Source of the DNA: Gemmatimonadota bacterium
GTDB lineage: Bacteria; Gemmatimonadota; Gemmatimonadetes; Longimicrobiales; RSA9
Length of the DNA: 64,000 bases
Reading direction: 5' to 3'
Assembly: GCA_040905425.1 (NCBI GenBank)
Contig: JBBDRO010000106.1
Coordinates: 10,710 to 74,709 of the forward strand
Each line of letters begins with the position of its first letter. Position 1 is the stretch's first letter. Made by a program: the position numbers and the translations under genes. Shown one piece after another: positions 29,401 through 37,930 of this stretch. A model generated the notes under the pieces. That model did no database searches. It saw only the letters and a program-made list of their open reading frames with translations, and had not been told where the DNA came from.

Positions 29401-29637
29401 GGTCTTCCACAGGCCGCCCGTGGCCGCCCCCACGTAGAAGGTGGCCGGGTTCGCCTCGTCCACGGCCAGGTCGGCAATGCGCCCGCCCATCGTGGCGGGG
29501 CCAACCTGGCGGAATTCCAGCCCCGCGAGGGAGCGCTCCGGAATGGCCTCCTGGGCCGCCACGGCGGCCGGAAGTGTGAGGAGCACGGCAGTGGCCAGAT
29601 CGAGCCAGCGGCGGTCAGCTACGAGTGCGCGGCGCAT
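26500..29637 (-). CDS. BNR/Asp-box repeat protein (sortilin/VPS10-like double propeller, often annotated as glycosyl hydrolase)
   Basis: At least seven Asp-box motifs (SxDxGxTW): 'SVDGGRTWQ', 'TTDGGANWE', 'TVDCGRSWT', 'SRDRGETWE', 'SQDRGQSWY', 'TRDGGTTWT' and 'SIDRGRNWQ'. It has a signal peptide ending AVAAQE. 1045 aa. Confidence 0.8.
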   Translation of the reverse strand: MRRALVADRRWLDLATAVLLTLPAAVAAQEAIPERSLAGLEFRQVGPATMGGRIADLAVDEANPATFYVGAATGGLWKTTNHGASFQPIFDDQRTASIGALALAPSNPNVLWVGTGEPQNRQSSPYGAGVFRSVDGGRTWQDLGLEATRHIGEIEVHPTDPDVAYVAAVGHLWGPNEERGVYKTTDGGANWEKVLFIDEHTGVTDLAMHHADPCTVFAAAYQRQRTAFGFSAAGAGSGLYRTVDCGRSWTRLTEGLPEGDLGRIGIDIWRQDPNYVVIRVEGGGREASGIYRSRDRGETWEHMSTTNPRPMYFVKLVIDPNDAERVYLGGVQLMISDDGGYEFRSDAREVHSDHHALWVDPNNSNHLIMGSDGGVSVSFDRAESWRMYDNIVLAQSYEVGYDMRDPYYVCTGLQDNGTWCGPTAVWNRNGIRNQHWFNIHGGDGFYATVDPTDWRTAYAESQNGNISRVDLVTGERLSIRPDARPGNGIEEDTRLQWNWNTPLRISDHDPATIFTGSNYLLRSQDRGQSWYAISPDLTARVDRDTMTIMGERVTGATLSRNDGISYYGSITTLSESPSDADIIWVGTDDGNVQVTRDGGTTWTNVTDNLPGVPALIYVTRVRASAAAPSRAYVTLDGHYQDDYNPYVFVTEDFGARWTRITNGLPMESVNGFLEHPRAPNLLFAGNEAGLWFSIDRGRNWQELEAGLPTVPVDDIVLHPRENDLILGTHGRGIWILHDVSPLEQMSQATLAKAGHLFPVPRATDWTIWSPQGWEPGTFGLPDPPTGARIRYHVGGDAVVAADSDDQEPELRLVIADASGATLRTLDVPGTPGMHEVFWDLRMAPAVEPEEGQDGGGFGGGAAGPKVLPGTYVARLEGPGISAEEQRFEVRLDPRARITEADLMARHRAAMDVYALQESAYLAGQAVSRLAEQLQAAAEHVEDGPAALRQEVTVARADFNELRQRMGTLTGATRLMFGIEGVHNPPTADQLHAIEEAWEEAPGLVAELNEWITTRAPAVYAQVYVAGLRPDPGPPVTPPTRTGGIP

Positions 29638-29766
29638 GGGAGCCCTCCTGCGGCGTGGGATCGAGTTGTGAGCGGCAGTGTCGTGGAAGGACTAATTTCG
29701 GACGCGAGGGTCCGTGGCGCAACGAACCAGGGCACGGCTGAGAATGATCAAGGAGCACTGAACGCA

Positions 29767-30432
29767 GTGAAGCAACGTGAGCGCCTGGCCGAAGCCACGG
29801 CCCCCGACGGCACCGTGCTGACCCTCTGGTGGCACGACGGCGCCTACGCCATACATGCCGGCACCGCCGAACTCATGTCCACCCGTCGCTTCCACTCGGA
29901 GGAACAGCTGGCGGAGGTGGCCTGCGGTCCGTTGCAGGCTGTCAGCCACGCACGGGTGCTGATCGGCGGCCTGGGCCTGGGCTTCACGCTCCGCGCCGCG
30001 CTCCGCGTGCTGGCCACCGACGCCCGGGTGATGGTGGTGGAGATCGTCCCTGAGATCATCGCGTGGAATCGGCACCCGGATTACGCGCTCGGGCGGGACG
30101 CGCTCGAGGATCCCCGCGTGGAAACGGTGCAGGATGACGTGACCAACGTGCTGCGCACCAATCCCGGCGCCTACGACGCCATCCTGCTCGACGTGGACAA
30201 CGGCGCCGAGGCGCTTACGACGGCGGGCAATGCGGTGCTCTATTCAGCCCGCGGCGTACGCATGACGGTGCGGGCGCTGCGCCCTGCCGGCCGGGTGGCC
30301 TACTGGTCCACGGACCGGAACCCGCGCTTCGCCGCCGTGCTGCGCGCCGCCGGGCTGAGCGTGGAGACGCTCGAGGCACGGGCCCACACCACGTCCGGAG
30401 GACCGCACACGCTGCTCGTGGGCCAGGCCTGA
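29767..30432 (+). CDS. Spermidine-synthase-like class I methyltransferase-fold protein
   Basis: 'VLIGGLGLGFTLRAAL...VVEI.PEII.W' and 'YDAILLDVDNG' resemble SpeE-like proteins. Only the last 221 codons of track ORF 28114..30432 look real. The upstream part is antisense to the BNR gene. I chose GTG 29767, which has AAGGAG upstream. Confidence 0.5.
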   Translation: MKQRERLAEATAPDGTVLTLWWHDGAYAIHAGTAELMSTRRFHSEEQLAEVACGPLQAVSHARVLIGGLGLGFTLRAALRVLATDARVMVVEIVPEIIAWNRHPDYALGRDALEDPRVETVQDDVTNVLRTNPGAYDAILLDVDNGAEALTTAGNAVLYSARGVRMTVRALRPAGRVAYWSTDRNPRFAAVLRAAGLSVETLEARAHTTSGGPHTLLVGQA

Positions 30433-30440
30433 GCCGGGTA

Positions 30441-31835
30441 TCATCCCCCGCCGGCAGCCTCCCCCGATGGCAGCACGACCACCCCGATCCCCTCATCGGC
30501 GCGCCACTCGATCGCAGTCCCGAACGGGCGCGAGCGCTCCACCAGGTCACCGATGATCTTGGCACCCAGCTCCCGGTCGGCCAGCAGCGGGCGCCCGCGC
30601 ACCGTGCGCGGCTCGCCGTAGCCCAGCGTGATGGGGTGCAGCTCGAGGGACACGAGCCGCTCCCCCTCCCAGGTGGGCAGCGCCACCACCGCCTCCCAGA
30701 TCTCCCGGTCCGTCGGGAAGCCACGCGTGTCGTCACGGTAGCGGGCGGCGTTGAAATCCCCCACGAATGCGTCCTCAGGCAGATCGTAGGGCGCGTAGTT
30801 GTCGGCCGGCAGGCGGAGCAGCGTCTCGTTCTGGAAGATGAAGTCGCCCAGCGAGTAGAGGATGGGCTTGCCCCGGTAGATCTCGATGCCGCGCAGCACG
30901 TGCGGGCCGTGGCCCACAAAGACGTCCGCGCCGGCGTCGATCATGGCGCGCGCGAAGGTGACGAGGAACTCGGCGGGGGTGGAGCGGCCACCGTCGCCTC
31001 CCTCATGGGCATGAATGGTGACGATGACGTAGTCCGCCAGCATGGCGGCGTTGCGCACCACGGCGCCGATGGCCGCCACGTCCTCCGGGTCGGGCTCCGT
31101 GTCACGGCCGTCCTGGTCCGCGGCCACCAGCGTGGTGCCGAAGACGCTCAGCTGATGGCCCGAGTCGGGGACGCGCTGGCCAATGTCCCGCAGCGCCGTG
31201 CGCAGCGTCTCCAGCTTCTCCCGCTCGATCGTGCGGGTGGTCCGGTAGCGCAGGGGGTTCAGCCCCGGACGGCCGCGCACCGCGCCCCGCGCCGGCCCGG
31301 CCGCGGAGTGGTCCGGGAAGGTGGAGGCCACGCTGATGAGGGCCACGCGCCCGTCCTGCGTGTCCAGGAAATGGGCCTCACGCGCCTCGGTCAGGTTCTC
31401 ACCCGCGCCGGCGGCCACCAGCCCCGCCTCGGCCGCGTACTTCCGAGTGAGACGCATGCCGTCGGGTCCGTAATCGCCGGTGTGGTTGTTGGCCAGTGAG
31501 ACCAGATCGATGCCCGCCCACGTCAGCTCGTGGGCCAGCGCCGGCTCGGCGCGCATGTAGGTGCCGCCGCTCTGGTGCGCCGGGTAGGGCTCGTAGTCGT
31601 GGAAGAGCATCTCCAGGTTGGTGAACGCCGCGTCGGCGCCCCGGAGCAACTCGATCATGTCCAGGAACGCCGGCTCCTTGAAGGGGGAGAGGCGGCGCGT
31701 GATGATGGCGTCGCCGGTGAGGGCCAGGGTGAAGCGACCGTCGCCTGACAGAGCGCCTGACGGGTCCTGCGCCATGGCCGGTAGCGGCAGCAGCACGGTC
31801 AGCGTCACCAGGACGAGAGGGAGGCGCGTGCGCAT
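30441..31835 (-). CDS. CapA-family (poly-gamma-glutamate capsule synthesis-like) metallophosphatase
   Basis: 'DLVSLANNHTGDYG', 'VTIHAHEG' and 'FVGHGPHVLRGIE' match PGA_cap/CapA motifs. The signal peptide ends 'PAMAQD'. Confidence 0.8.
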   Translation of the reverse strand: MRTRLPLVLVTLTVLLPLPAMAQDPSGALSGDGRFTLALTGDAIITRRLSPFKEPAFLDMIELLRGADAAFTNLEMLFHDYEPYPAHQSGGTYMRAEPALAHELTWAGIDLVSLANNHTGDYGPDGMRLTRKYAAEAGLVAAGAGENLTEAREAHFLDTQDGRVALISVASTFPDHSAAGPARGAVRGRPGLNPLRYRTTRTIEREKLETLRTALRDIGQRVPDSGHQLSVFGTTLVAADQDGRDTEPDPEDVAAIGAVVRNAAMLADYVIVTIHAHEGGDGGRSTPAEFLVTFARAMIDAGADVFVGHGPHVLRGIEIYRGKPILYSLGDFIFQNETLLRLPADNYAPYDLPEDAFVGDFNAARYRDDTRGFPTDREIWEAVVALPTWEGERLVSLELHPITLGYGEPRTVRGRPLLADRELGAKIIGDLVERSRPFGTAIEWRADEGIGVVVLPSGEAAGGG

Positions 31836-32025
31836 GATGCGGCTCCTGGCTGGAGGGGAAAGGGCCGCCGTGGGGCGACCCCCTCATGCTACGGCGCGGT
31901 GCGTTCCACGTCGAGGGGTGCGCCCGGGCTGGCCGGTTCGCTGCCCGTTGCCTATGCTTCGGCGTTCATCCCCGCGGCGGCCTCCCTCGCCCGAGCGTAC
32001 CGCACGCCCATGGTAGGAGGCACGC

Positions 32026-33981
32026 ATGCACACCCTCCCGCGACCCGCCGCGTCCCGCACGGCGCTGACGCTCACCTTCATGGCCACCGCCTGGCTGGCC
32101 GGCCTCGCCTGTCCCCGCGCGGTGGCCGCCCAGGAGAGCAGCTACGACGCCCTGGTGGAGATTGCCATCATCGAGGAGCTGGTGATGATGCCCATGCGCG
32201 ACGGCGTGCGCCTGGCCACCAACATCTACCGGCCCAAGAGCTCGGCGTCGGTGCCGGCACCCACGATCTTCGTGCGCACGCCCTACAACATGAACATGTG
32301 GCGCGACGGCGAGCATTCCACCGGCCGCTACGGCGCCATCCTGGACGCGGTGCGGCGCGGCTACGTCTACGTGAACCAGAACGAGCGCGGCCGCTTCTAC
32401 TCCGACGGGGAGTGGGACATCCTGGGACCGCCCCTCACGGACGGCTACGACGCCCTCAGCTGGATCGCGGACCAGCCCTGGTCGAACGGCAGGGTGGGGA
32501 CCTACGGCTGCTCGTCCACCGCGGAGTGGCAGATGGGCCTGGCCGCCCTGGACCATCCGGCCCACGCCGCCATGGTCCCCCAGGGCTTCGGCGCCGGTGT
32601 GGGCCGGGTCGGGGACTGGTACGAGCAGGGCAACTGGTACCGCGGCGGCGCCGAGCAGATGCTCTTCTTCACCTGGCTCTACGGCGTTCAGAACACGCAG
32701 CGTCCCCGCGTCGACCGGGACACGCCGCGTGAGGACCTGGTGCGGCTCTCCCGCTACTTCGACCTGGCCCCCGAGATGCCCGGCGTGGACTGGCCGGAGG
32801 CGCTCTGGCACCTGCCCGTCGAGGATCTCATGCGCAGCGTGGACGGGCCGCAGGGGATCTTCGCCGATCCCGCGCCCGTGGCCACCGGCGGGCGCATGAT
32901 CCAGCGCACGCCGAACGATCCGGCGTGGTACCGGGGTGGCCTCTACCACGACGACATGCCCTTCGGCGTTCCCGCCCTGTGGTTCATGTCCTGGTACGAC
33001 GTCTCGGTGGGTCCCAACCTGGCGCTCTTCAACCACGTGCGGGAGAACGGCATCGACGCCGAGACCCGTGCGAACCAGTTCGCGGTGGTGGCGCCCGTGG
33101 CCCACTGCGCCTACACCCGCGCCAGCCAGAACACGATGGTGGGGGAGCGGAGCGTGGGCGATGCCCGGTGGGCCTACGACGAGCTGATCTACGCCTGGTG
33201 GGACCGCTGGTTGAAGGGTGTCGAAAACCAGGTCACCGACACGCTGCCGGCGGTGCGCTACTACACCATGGGCTCCAACGAATGGCAGACCGCCACGGCT
33301 TGGCCGCCGCCAGCCGCGGAGATGGTCACCTATTATCTGGATTCCACCAGCGGCGCCAACACGCTCCGAGGCGACGGCGCGCTACGCACGAGCATGCCCG
33401 GGGCGGCCGGCTTCGACGCGTTCACCTACGATCCCGCCGACCCCGTCCTCTCGCACGGCGGCAACGTGTGCTGCATCGGCGGCGCCATCCAGGCGGGCGC
33501 CTTCGACCAGCAGGCGGTGGAGGCGGAGCGCGAGGACATCCTGGTCTACACCACGGAGCCCTTCACGGAGGGCACGGAGGTGAGCGGGCCCGTGGAGGTG
33601 CTGCTCTACGTGTCCTCGGACGCCAGGGACACGGACTTCACCGTCAAGCTGCTGGACGTGGATCCCGACGGGCGCGCCTACAACTTGGACGAGAGCATCC
33701 AGCGGGCGCGCTGGCGCGAGGGCTACGAAGGGGATCCCGTTTTCATGGAGCCGGGGCAGGTCTACCAGGTGAAGGTGGGGCCGCTGACCACCTCGAACCG
33801 CTTCCTGCCCGGCCACCGGCTGCGCATCGAGGTGTCCAGCTCCAACTTCCCGCGCTTCACGCGCAACCTGAACACGGGCGGCAACAACTACGACGAGACC
33901 GAGATGCGGGTGGCGCGCAACCGGGTGCACCACTCGCGCGAGCACCCCTCGCAGGTGCGGGTGCCGGTGGTGCGGCGCTGA
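32026..33981 (+). CDS. CocE/NonD family hydrolase (S15 X-Pro dipeptidyl-peptidase-like)
   Basis: 'IFVRTPYN', '[13 protein letters not shown]' (nucleophile elbow region) and the C-terminal '[22 protein letters not shown]' typical of the PepX_C domain. The signal ends 'AVAAQE'. Confidence 0.85.
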   Translation: MHTLPRPAASRTALTLTFMATAWLAGLACPRAVAAQESSYDALVEIAIIEELVMMPMRDGVRLATNIYRPKSSASVPAPTIFVRTPYNMNMWRDGEHSTGRYGAILDAVRRGYVYVNQNERGRFYSDGEWDILGPPLTDGYDALSWIADQPWSNGRVGTYGCSSTAEWQMGLAALDHPAHAAMVPQGFGAGVGRVGDWYEQGNWYRGGAEQMLFFTWLYGVQNTQRPRVDRDTPREDLVRLSRYFDLAPEMPGVDWPEALWHLPVEDLMRSVDGPQGIFADPAPVATGGRMIQRTPNDPAWYRGGLYHDDMPFGVPALWFMSWYDVSVGPNLALFNHVRENGIDAETRANQFAVVAPVAHCAYTRASQNTMVGERSVGDARWAYDELIYAWWDRWLKGVENQVTDTLPAVRYYTMGSNEWQTATAWPPPAAEMVTYYLDSTSGANTLRGDGALRTSMPGAAGFDAFTYDPADPVLSHGGNVCCIGGAIQAGAFDQQAVEAEREDILVYTTEPFTEGTEVSGPVEVLLYVSSDARDTDFTVKLLDVDPDGRAYNLDESIQRARWREGYEGDPVFMEPGQVYQVKVGPLTTSNRFLPGHRLRIEVSSSNFPRFTRNLNTGGNNYDETEMRVARNRVHHSREHPSQVRVPVVRR

Positions 33982-34044
33982 GGGGGCGGCGGCGCCGAAG
34001 CCCATGCCCGGCCAGCCCGCCCCCGGGCGGCGATCCCAACCGGC

Positions 34045-34070
34045 CGGCCGGCGGGCCAGTTCGCCGGCTG
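34045..34070 (+). terminator. GC stem-loop about 65 nt downstream of the CocE-like gene
   Basis: GCCGGCG (34047..34053) pairs with CGCCGGC (34062..34068) across an 8-nt loop, plus two flanking pairs. There is no U-tract. Confidence 0.3.
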
Positions 34071-34121
34071 CGGTGGTAGAAGCGCTCGGCCTTGCCGTTT
34101 CAGAACGCTCGGGCCAAAGGG

Positions 34122-34143
34122 CTGCATACCCAAACGTATGCAG
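34122..34143. other. Stem-loop CTGCATAC-ccaaac-GTATGCAG inside a low-GC non-coding island
   Basis: 8-bp perfect arms and a 6-nt loop, read directly from the sequence. Confidence 0.4.
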
Positions 34144-34235
34144 CAGAAATGATTGTTTGCTGGCGGTGTAAGATGCTGCGTGGTAGGTGTTTGCGACATT
34201 CCGCTCAGGCGAGAATCCTCAAACTTCACCCACAC

Positions 34236-34253
34236 AATATTCTATAGAATATT
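34236..34253. promoter_or_regulatory. Perfect 18-bp AT-rich palindrome AATATTCTATAGAATATT (candidate dimeric-protein binding site)
   Basis: The sequence equals its own reverse complement over all 18 nt. It lies in a 381-bp non-coding gap between two convergent genes. Confidence 0.45.
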
Positions 34254-34362
34254 TTGGCTCAACCATGCGCCGCCGGGGCCGAATCTGTAGAGCGCCTCGG
34301 AGCCCCATACTTGCCTCCCGTGGTCAGACCCGCCCAATCGTTGGCGGGGCCGGCGCCGTACA

Positions 34363-35526
34363 TCACCGTTTAAAGAGCGGATAGGCGCGCACGTACTCCA
34401 CGTCCATCTCGTCGCGCCACACCCCCAGCACGGCGGCCGTATCGATTGCGTGGACGGTGAGCCCCGCCGGCGTCTCCGCCACGCCCGCGAACGCGCCGTC
34501 CGGGTCGAAGACCCACCAGCGCACAGACCCCTCTTCCGGCTGGGCGTAGGGGCGGAGCCACAGGTGTCCCGCGGTGTCCACGCGGAGCGCCGAGAGCACC
34601 GGCTTGGTGTCGGGAAACGGCACCGCGTCCAGGCGAGGCAGGATCTCCTGCTCCAGCAGGGACGGCGGTACGCCGCTGATGTAACGCGCCCGGATGCTGT
34701 CCACGTCGGTGGCGTCCACCGGCTGGCCGACGGCGCCGCAACGGATGATGCGCTGCAGGCGGCCGCGCAAATTGTAGGACCGGACTTCGCAGGCGCTCGT
34801 GTCGGCAACATGGATGTTGGAATCGGTGAGCGTGTACAGGGCGGTCCGGCCGAATGGGCGGGTCAGCCCGTCGAACGTCTCCAGTCGGGGGATGCGGATC
34901 AGCGTGTCCCGCGTGCCGCCGGTGCCGAAGCGGACCAGCACGGAGGTGTCGCGGCGCAGCACCCGCGCCCCCGGCGCAACGTCGGCCGGTTTCCGTAACG
35001 AATAGACCAGCTCGGTGCCGAAGCAGCCCGCCACCGGCGGCAGCGACCCGCGATCCATCGGCGGCGCTTCAGCCGACTCGCGAAAAGCGCCATCTGCATT
35101 CAGCCGCGAGACCCGCGGGATCTGCAGGTCCTCGGCGATGAGCCCCGAACCGCACGTACGTACGGAGCGTAGCCGCCGGAATTCGCCCGGCCCGTCACCC
35201 TCGCCGCCCGCCGTGTGCAGGTGCCGCCCCGCGTCGTCGAAGAAGCGTAGTTCCGCGCCCTGAGCAATCAGCAGCCGCCCATCTGGCAGCCGGAGTACGC
35301 TGCGCACGCCGTCGAGCTGGTAGGCCGCCTCTCCGTCGATGGCGCCTATGGTAAGCGACGGCGTCGCATCCGCGCGCCACCGCACCTCCCCGTTCGCGGC
35401 GGGCGCCGGGTTCTGCACGATGCGGATGCCAGCGCTGTCGCGGACGGTGACGCCGCCTTGACCGACGTCGGTGCCGCATGCTGCTGCCGTGAAGAGGAGG
35501 AGCAACCCCGTTACCCGTACGTGCAT
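34363..35526 (-). CDS. NHL-like 6-bladed beta-propeller lipoprotein, paralog P6
   Basis: Lipobox 'TAAAC', 'VRDSAGIRIVQN', 'GGEGDGPGEFRR' and the C-terminal 'VLGVWRDEMDVEYVRAYPL'. It starts 3 nt after the P7 stop. Confidence 0.7.
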   Translation of the reverse strand: MHVRVTGLLLLFTAAACGTDVGQGGVTVRDSAGIRIVQNPAPAANGEVRWRADATPSLTIGAIDGEAAYQLDGVRSVLRLPDGRLLIAQGAELRFFDDAGRHLHTAGGEGDGPGEFRRLRSVRTCGSGLIAEDLQIPRVSRLNADGAFRESAEAPPMDRGSLPPVAGCFGTELVYSLRKPADVAPGARVLRRDTSVLVRFGTGGTRDTLIRIPRLETFDGLTRPFGRTALYTLTDSNIHVADTSACEVRSYNLRGRLQRIIRCGAVGQPVDATDVDSIRARYISGVPPSLLEQEILPRLDAVPFPDTKPVLSALRVDTAGHLWLRPYAQPEEGSVRWWVFDPDGAFAGVAETPAGLTVHAIDTAAVLGVWRDEMDVEYVRAYPLFKR

Positions 35527-35529
35527 TCG

Positions 35530-36822
35530 CTACTCCTTCTCCAGGGCGTAGACGCGGACGTACTCCACGTCGAATTCGTCGCGATACATGCCCAGGACGT
35601 GATCCTGCCCGATTTCGAAGACGGTGAAGTCAGCAGGCGTGGTGACCTCCCCTAGCCATCTGCCGTCCGGGTCGACGACCGACCAGGTGGACGGCCCGTC
35701 GTACGTGGGTCTGTGGTGGGTGGTGGTGGCACCATGGCTCACCTCGAAATGGCGCAGCCACACGTTGCCCGCACGGTCGCTGACGAGCCTGGAAAACCGC
35801 GGCAGCGTATCGGCGAACGTCCTGCCGCGCGCAATGTCCTCGCGCAGGGGTGGCACCGAGTGCCTTACGTAGTCGTCGACCATGCCCTCGGTTGCCGCTT
35901 GCCCTGGCCAGGCGCGGCGCGTCAACCGTTCCAGCCGACCCTCGGGATGGTACCAGCGGACCTCGCCCTCCCTCGAAAGGCCCACGATGAGGCTCCGACC
36001 GTCGGTCCCGGCGTACGTGGTGGCGCCGAACACCGCCGGCAGGATCAGGTTCATCGGGTGCGGATGGTAGGCGGGGCCCTCGAGGCTGACCAATTCATTC
36101 AGAACGGCACCATCGCGCCCGAAACGGGAGAAGGTCAACGTCAGCGTGTCCGCTTGCTCGAACCGGCGCTCGGCGGTGACCGCCAGTCGGGAGGCTTCCC
36201 AGCCGATGAACGTGCCGTCCTCCAGCCAGCCCACGACGCGGATGCCGGTGGGCGGGTTCAGCTGAAAGGTGATGGGATCCACGGATGGCAGCGGCATGGA
36301 GCCCGTTGCGATCACGTCCCGATAGGTGCCGTCCGACCCGTACATGTGCAGGCGTTCCAGGAGGTCGTAAACGGCAATGCCATCATCGGGCAGGCGGTGA
36401 AGGCCCATCACCTGGCGGAACTCGCCCGGGCCTTCCCCCCGCGAGCCCACCGACATCAGGTGCTGGCCGTCGGGATCGAAGAAGCGCAATTCGGAGGCGC
36501 CCATGTCCGCCACCACGATGCGCCCGTCGGAAAGCGTGACCGCACCCATGATCCGGTCGAAGAGGTACGCCGGCTCCCCGTCCATGGCGCCGATCTGGAC
36601 CGTGGGCGGCTCCACCAGCCGCCAGCTTTTGTCGGCGGTCCAGGCGGGTGCCTCGTTCTGAACTATCCGTACGCCGGCGCTATCGGTGATGACCACGCCC
36701 GGGTCGGCCGGCCGAACCAGATCGCACGCCCCGATCCAGAGAAATGCCCCGAGAAGGGCCAGCCAGGCACCCGAACCGCATGCTGTGCGTCGGATGTCAA
36801 TGCCCACCCGTGGTGTCCTCAT
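35530..36822 (-). CDS. NHL-like 6-bladed beta-propeller lipoprotein, paralog P7
   Basis: ATG 36822 (MRTPRVGID...WIGAC lipobox) lies 13 nt after the P8 stop. It has 'ITDSAGVRIVQN', 'GSRGEGPGEFRQ' and the C-terminal 'VLGMYRDEFDVEYVRVYAL'. Confidence 0.7.
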   Translation of the reverse strand: MRTPRVGIDIRRTACGSGAWLALLGAFLWIGACDLVRPADPGVVITDSAGVRIVQNEAPAWTADKSWRLVEPPTVQIGAMDGEPAYLFDRIMGAVTLSDGRIVVADMGASELRFFDPDGQHLMSVGSRGEGPGEFRQVMGLHRLPDDGIAVYDLLERLHMYGSDGTYRDVIATGSMPLPSVDPITFQLNPPTGIRVVGWLEDGTFIGWEASRLAVTAERRFEQADTLTLTFSRFGRDGAVLNELVSLEGPAYHPHPMNLILPAVFGATTYAGTDGRSLIVGLSREGEVRWYHPEGRLERLTRRAWPGQAATEGMVDDYVRHSVPPLREDIARGRTFADTLPRFSRLVSDRAGNVWLRHFEVSHGATTTHHRPTYDGPSTWSVVDPDGRWLGEVTTPADFTVFEIGQDHVLGMYRDEFDVEYVRVYALEKE

Positions 36823-36835
36823 CACCGCGTGGTGA

Positions 36836-37930
36836 TCACGATGGCGAGCGATGGTAGCGATGGACGTGCACGTGCTCCACGTCCAGTTCGTCACGCCAGA
36901 TGCCGGCGATCAGCTCGCCCCTGATGCTGAGCGGTTGAAAGCCCGGCGGCATGGCCACCTCGGCCAACAGGCCGCCAGCGCCATCGAAAACCGACCATGC
37001 CTGCGCAGCCGCGGGGTCCGTGGGATAGGCTCCCACCCAGATGTTCCCGGCGTCATCGATGACGAGCCCCCCCACCGCCGGAAAATGGGTGGGAGCGGGC
37101 ATCCGTGCCTGCGCGCCCGTGCGGCTTCCGGGGTCCGGATCGGGGATAGCCACCGGCTCGTGAGGGCGGCGGAGCGTGCGCTCCGCGCCGGTGTCCAGGT
37201 CGTAGACACGCAGGGTGAACGTCTCCCCGTCGGCCACGTAGACGGTCCGATCCCGCACCGCGATGTAGGTCTTCTTGAGGTGCGGTGGGTTGAGCAGGAC
37301 CCCCTCCATGACCGCCCGCTCGTCCCCCACCACGGTGCCGATCGTGTCGAGTGGTGTACCGGCCGGATTGTAGACGCCGATCTGGTGGGTGGGGCGGACG
37401 AGCCCGCTGCCGTCACGGGGGGTGGCGGCGAGCGCGGAGGTTCGCCTGGCCAGGAGGGTGCCGTCATCGAGGATGGCCAGGAGCTCCGGCACCCCGAGGC
37501 CGCGCTCCCCCGGCTCGAGGGCCAGCGTGCGTGCGAAGCCGTCGTGGATGGAGAAGATCGTGGCGCGGCGGAGTGCGCGGTCGTAGGCCACGATGGAATC
37601 CGGTGCGCGTTCCTGGATCCATGCGATCGCGCGAAACTCCCCCGGACCCCCGCCGGAGGCGCCGAAGATGGTGTCCACCTGGCCTGAGCGGCTGAGCACC
37701 ACGATACGCTGCGCCCCGTCCGCCACCACCAGGTGACCGCTGGAAGTCAGCAGCGCGCCCACCACACGATCCAGCGGCAGTTCGCCGCCGCCGACGCGCG
37801 TGAGCGGCGCCGGATCCACTGCCCACTCCTGCGCCGCGAGCGCCGGCGTCGCGGCGACGGTGTGCAGCAGTATGGCGAGGGCCGCGCCCGCCGTGGCGGG
37901 AATGCTCCTGCCGCGGCGGGAGATGCCCAC
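36836..37930 (-). CDS. NHL-like 6-bladed beta-propeller protein, paralog P8 (secreted, no lipobox)
   Basis: The GTG start shares one nucleotide with the TAG stop of the BlaR1-like gene (TAGTG). It has the signal 'ALAILLHTVAATPALAAQE', 'GASGGGPGEFRA' and the C-terminal 'IAGIWRDELDVEHVHVHRY'. Confidence 0.7.
   Translation of the reverse strand: MGISRRGRSIPATAGAALAILLHTVAATPALAAQEWAVDPAPLTRVGGGELPLDRVVGALLTSSGHLVVADGAQRIVVLSRSGQVDTIFGASGGGPGEFRAIAWIQERAPDSIVAYDRALRRATIFSIHDGFARTLALEPGERGLGVPELLAILDDGTLLARRTSALAATPRDGSGLVRPTHQIGVYNPAGTPLDTIGTVVGDERAVMEGVLLNPPHLKKTYIAVRDRTVYVADGETFTLRVYDLDTGAERTLRRPHEPVAIPDPDPGSRTGAQARMPAPTHFPAVGGLVIDDAGNIWVGAYPTDPAAAQAWSVFDGAGGLLAEVAMPPGFQPLSIRGELIAGIWRDELDVEHVHVHRYHRSPS

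Noticed and set aside
28114-30432. 772-aa plus-strand ORF, the longest on this strand in the region
   Set aside because: About 1.5 kb of it is antisense to the well-supported BNR/Asp-box gene (26500..29637) and shows no recognisable motifs. Only the last 221 codons (from GTG 29767) look like a real SpeE-like gene. It is a high-GC shadow ORF.
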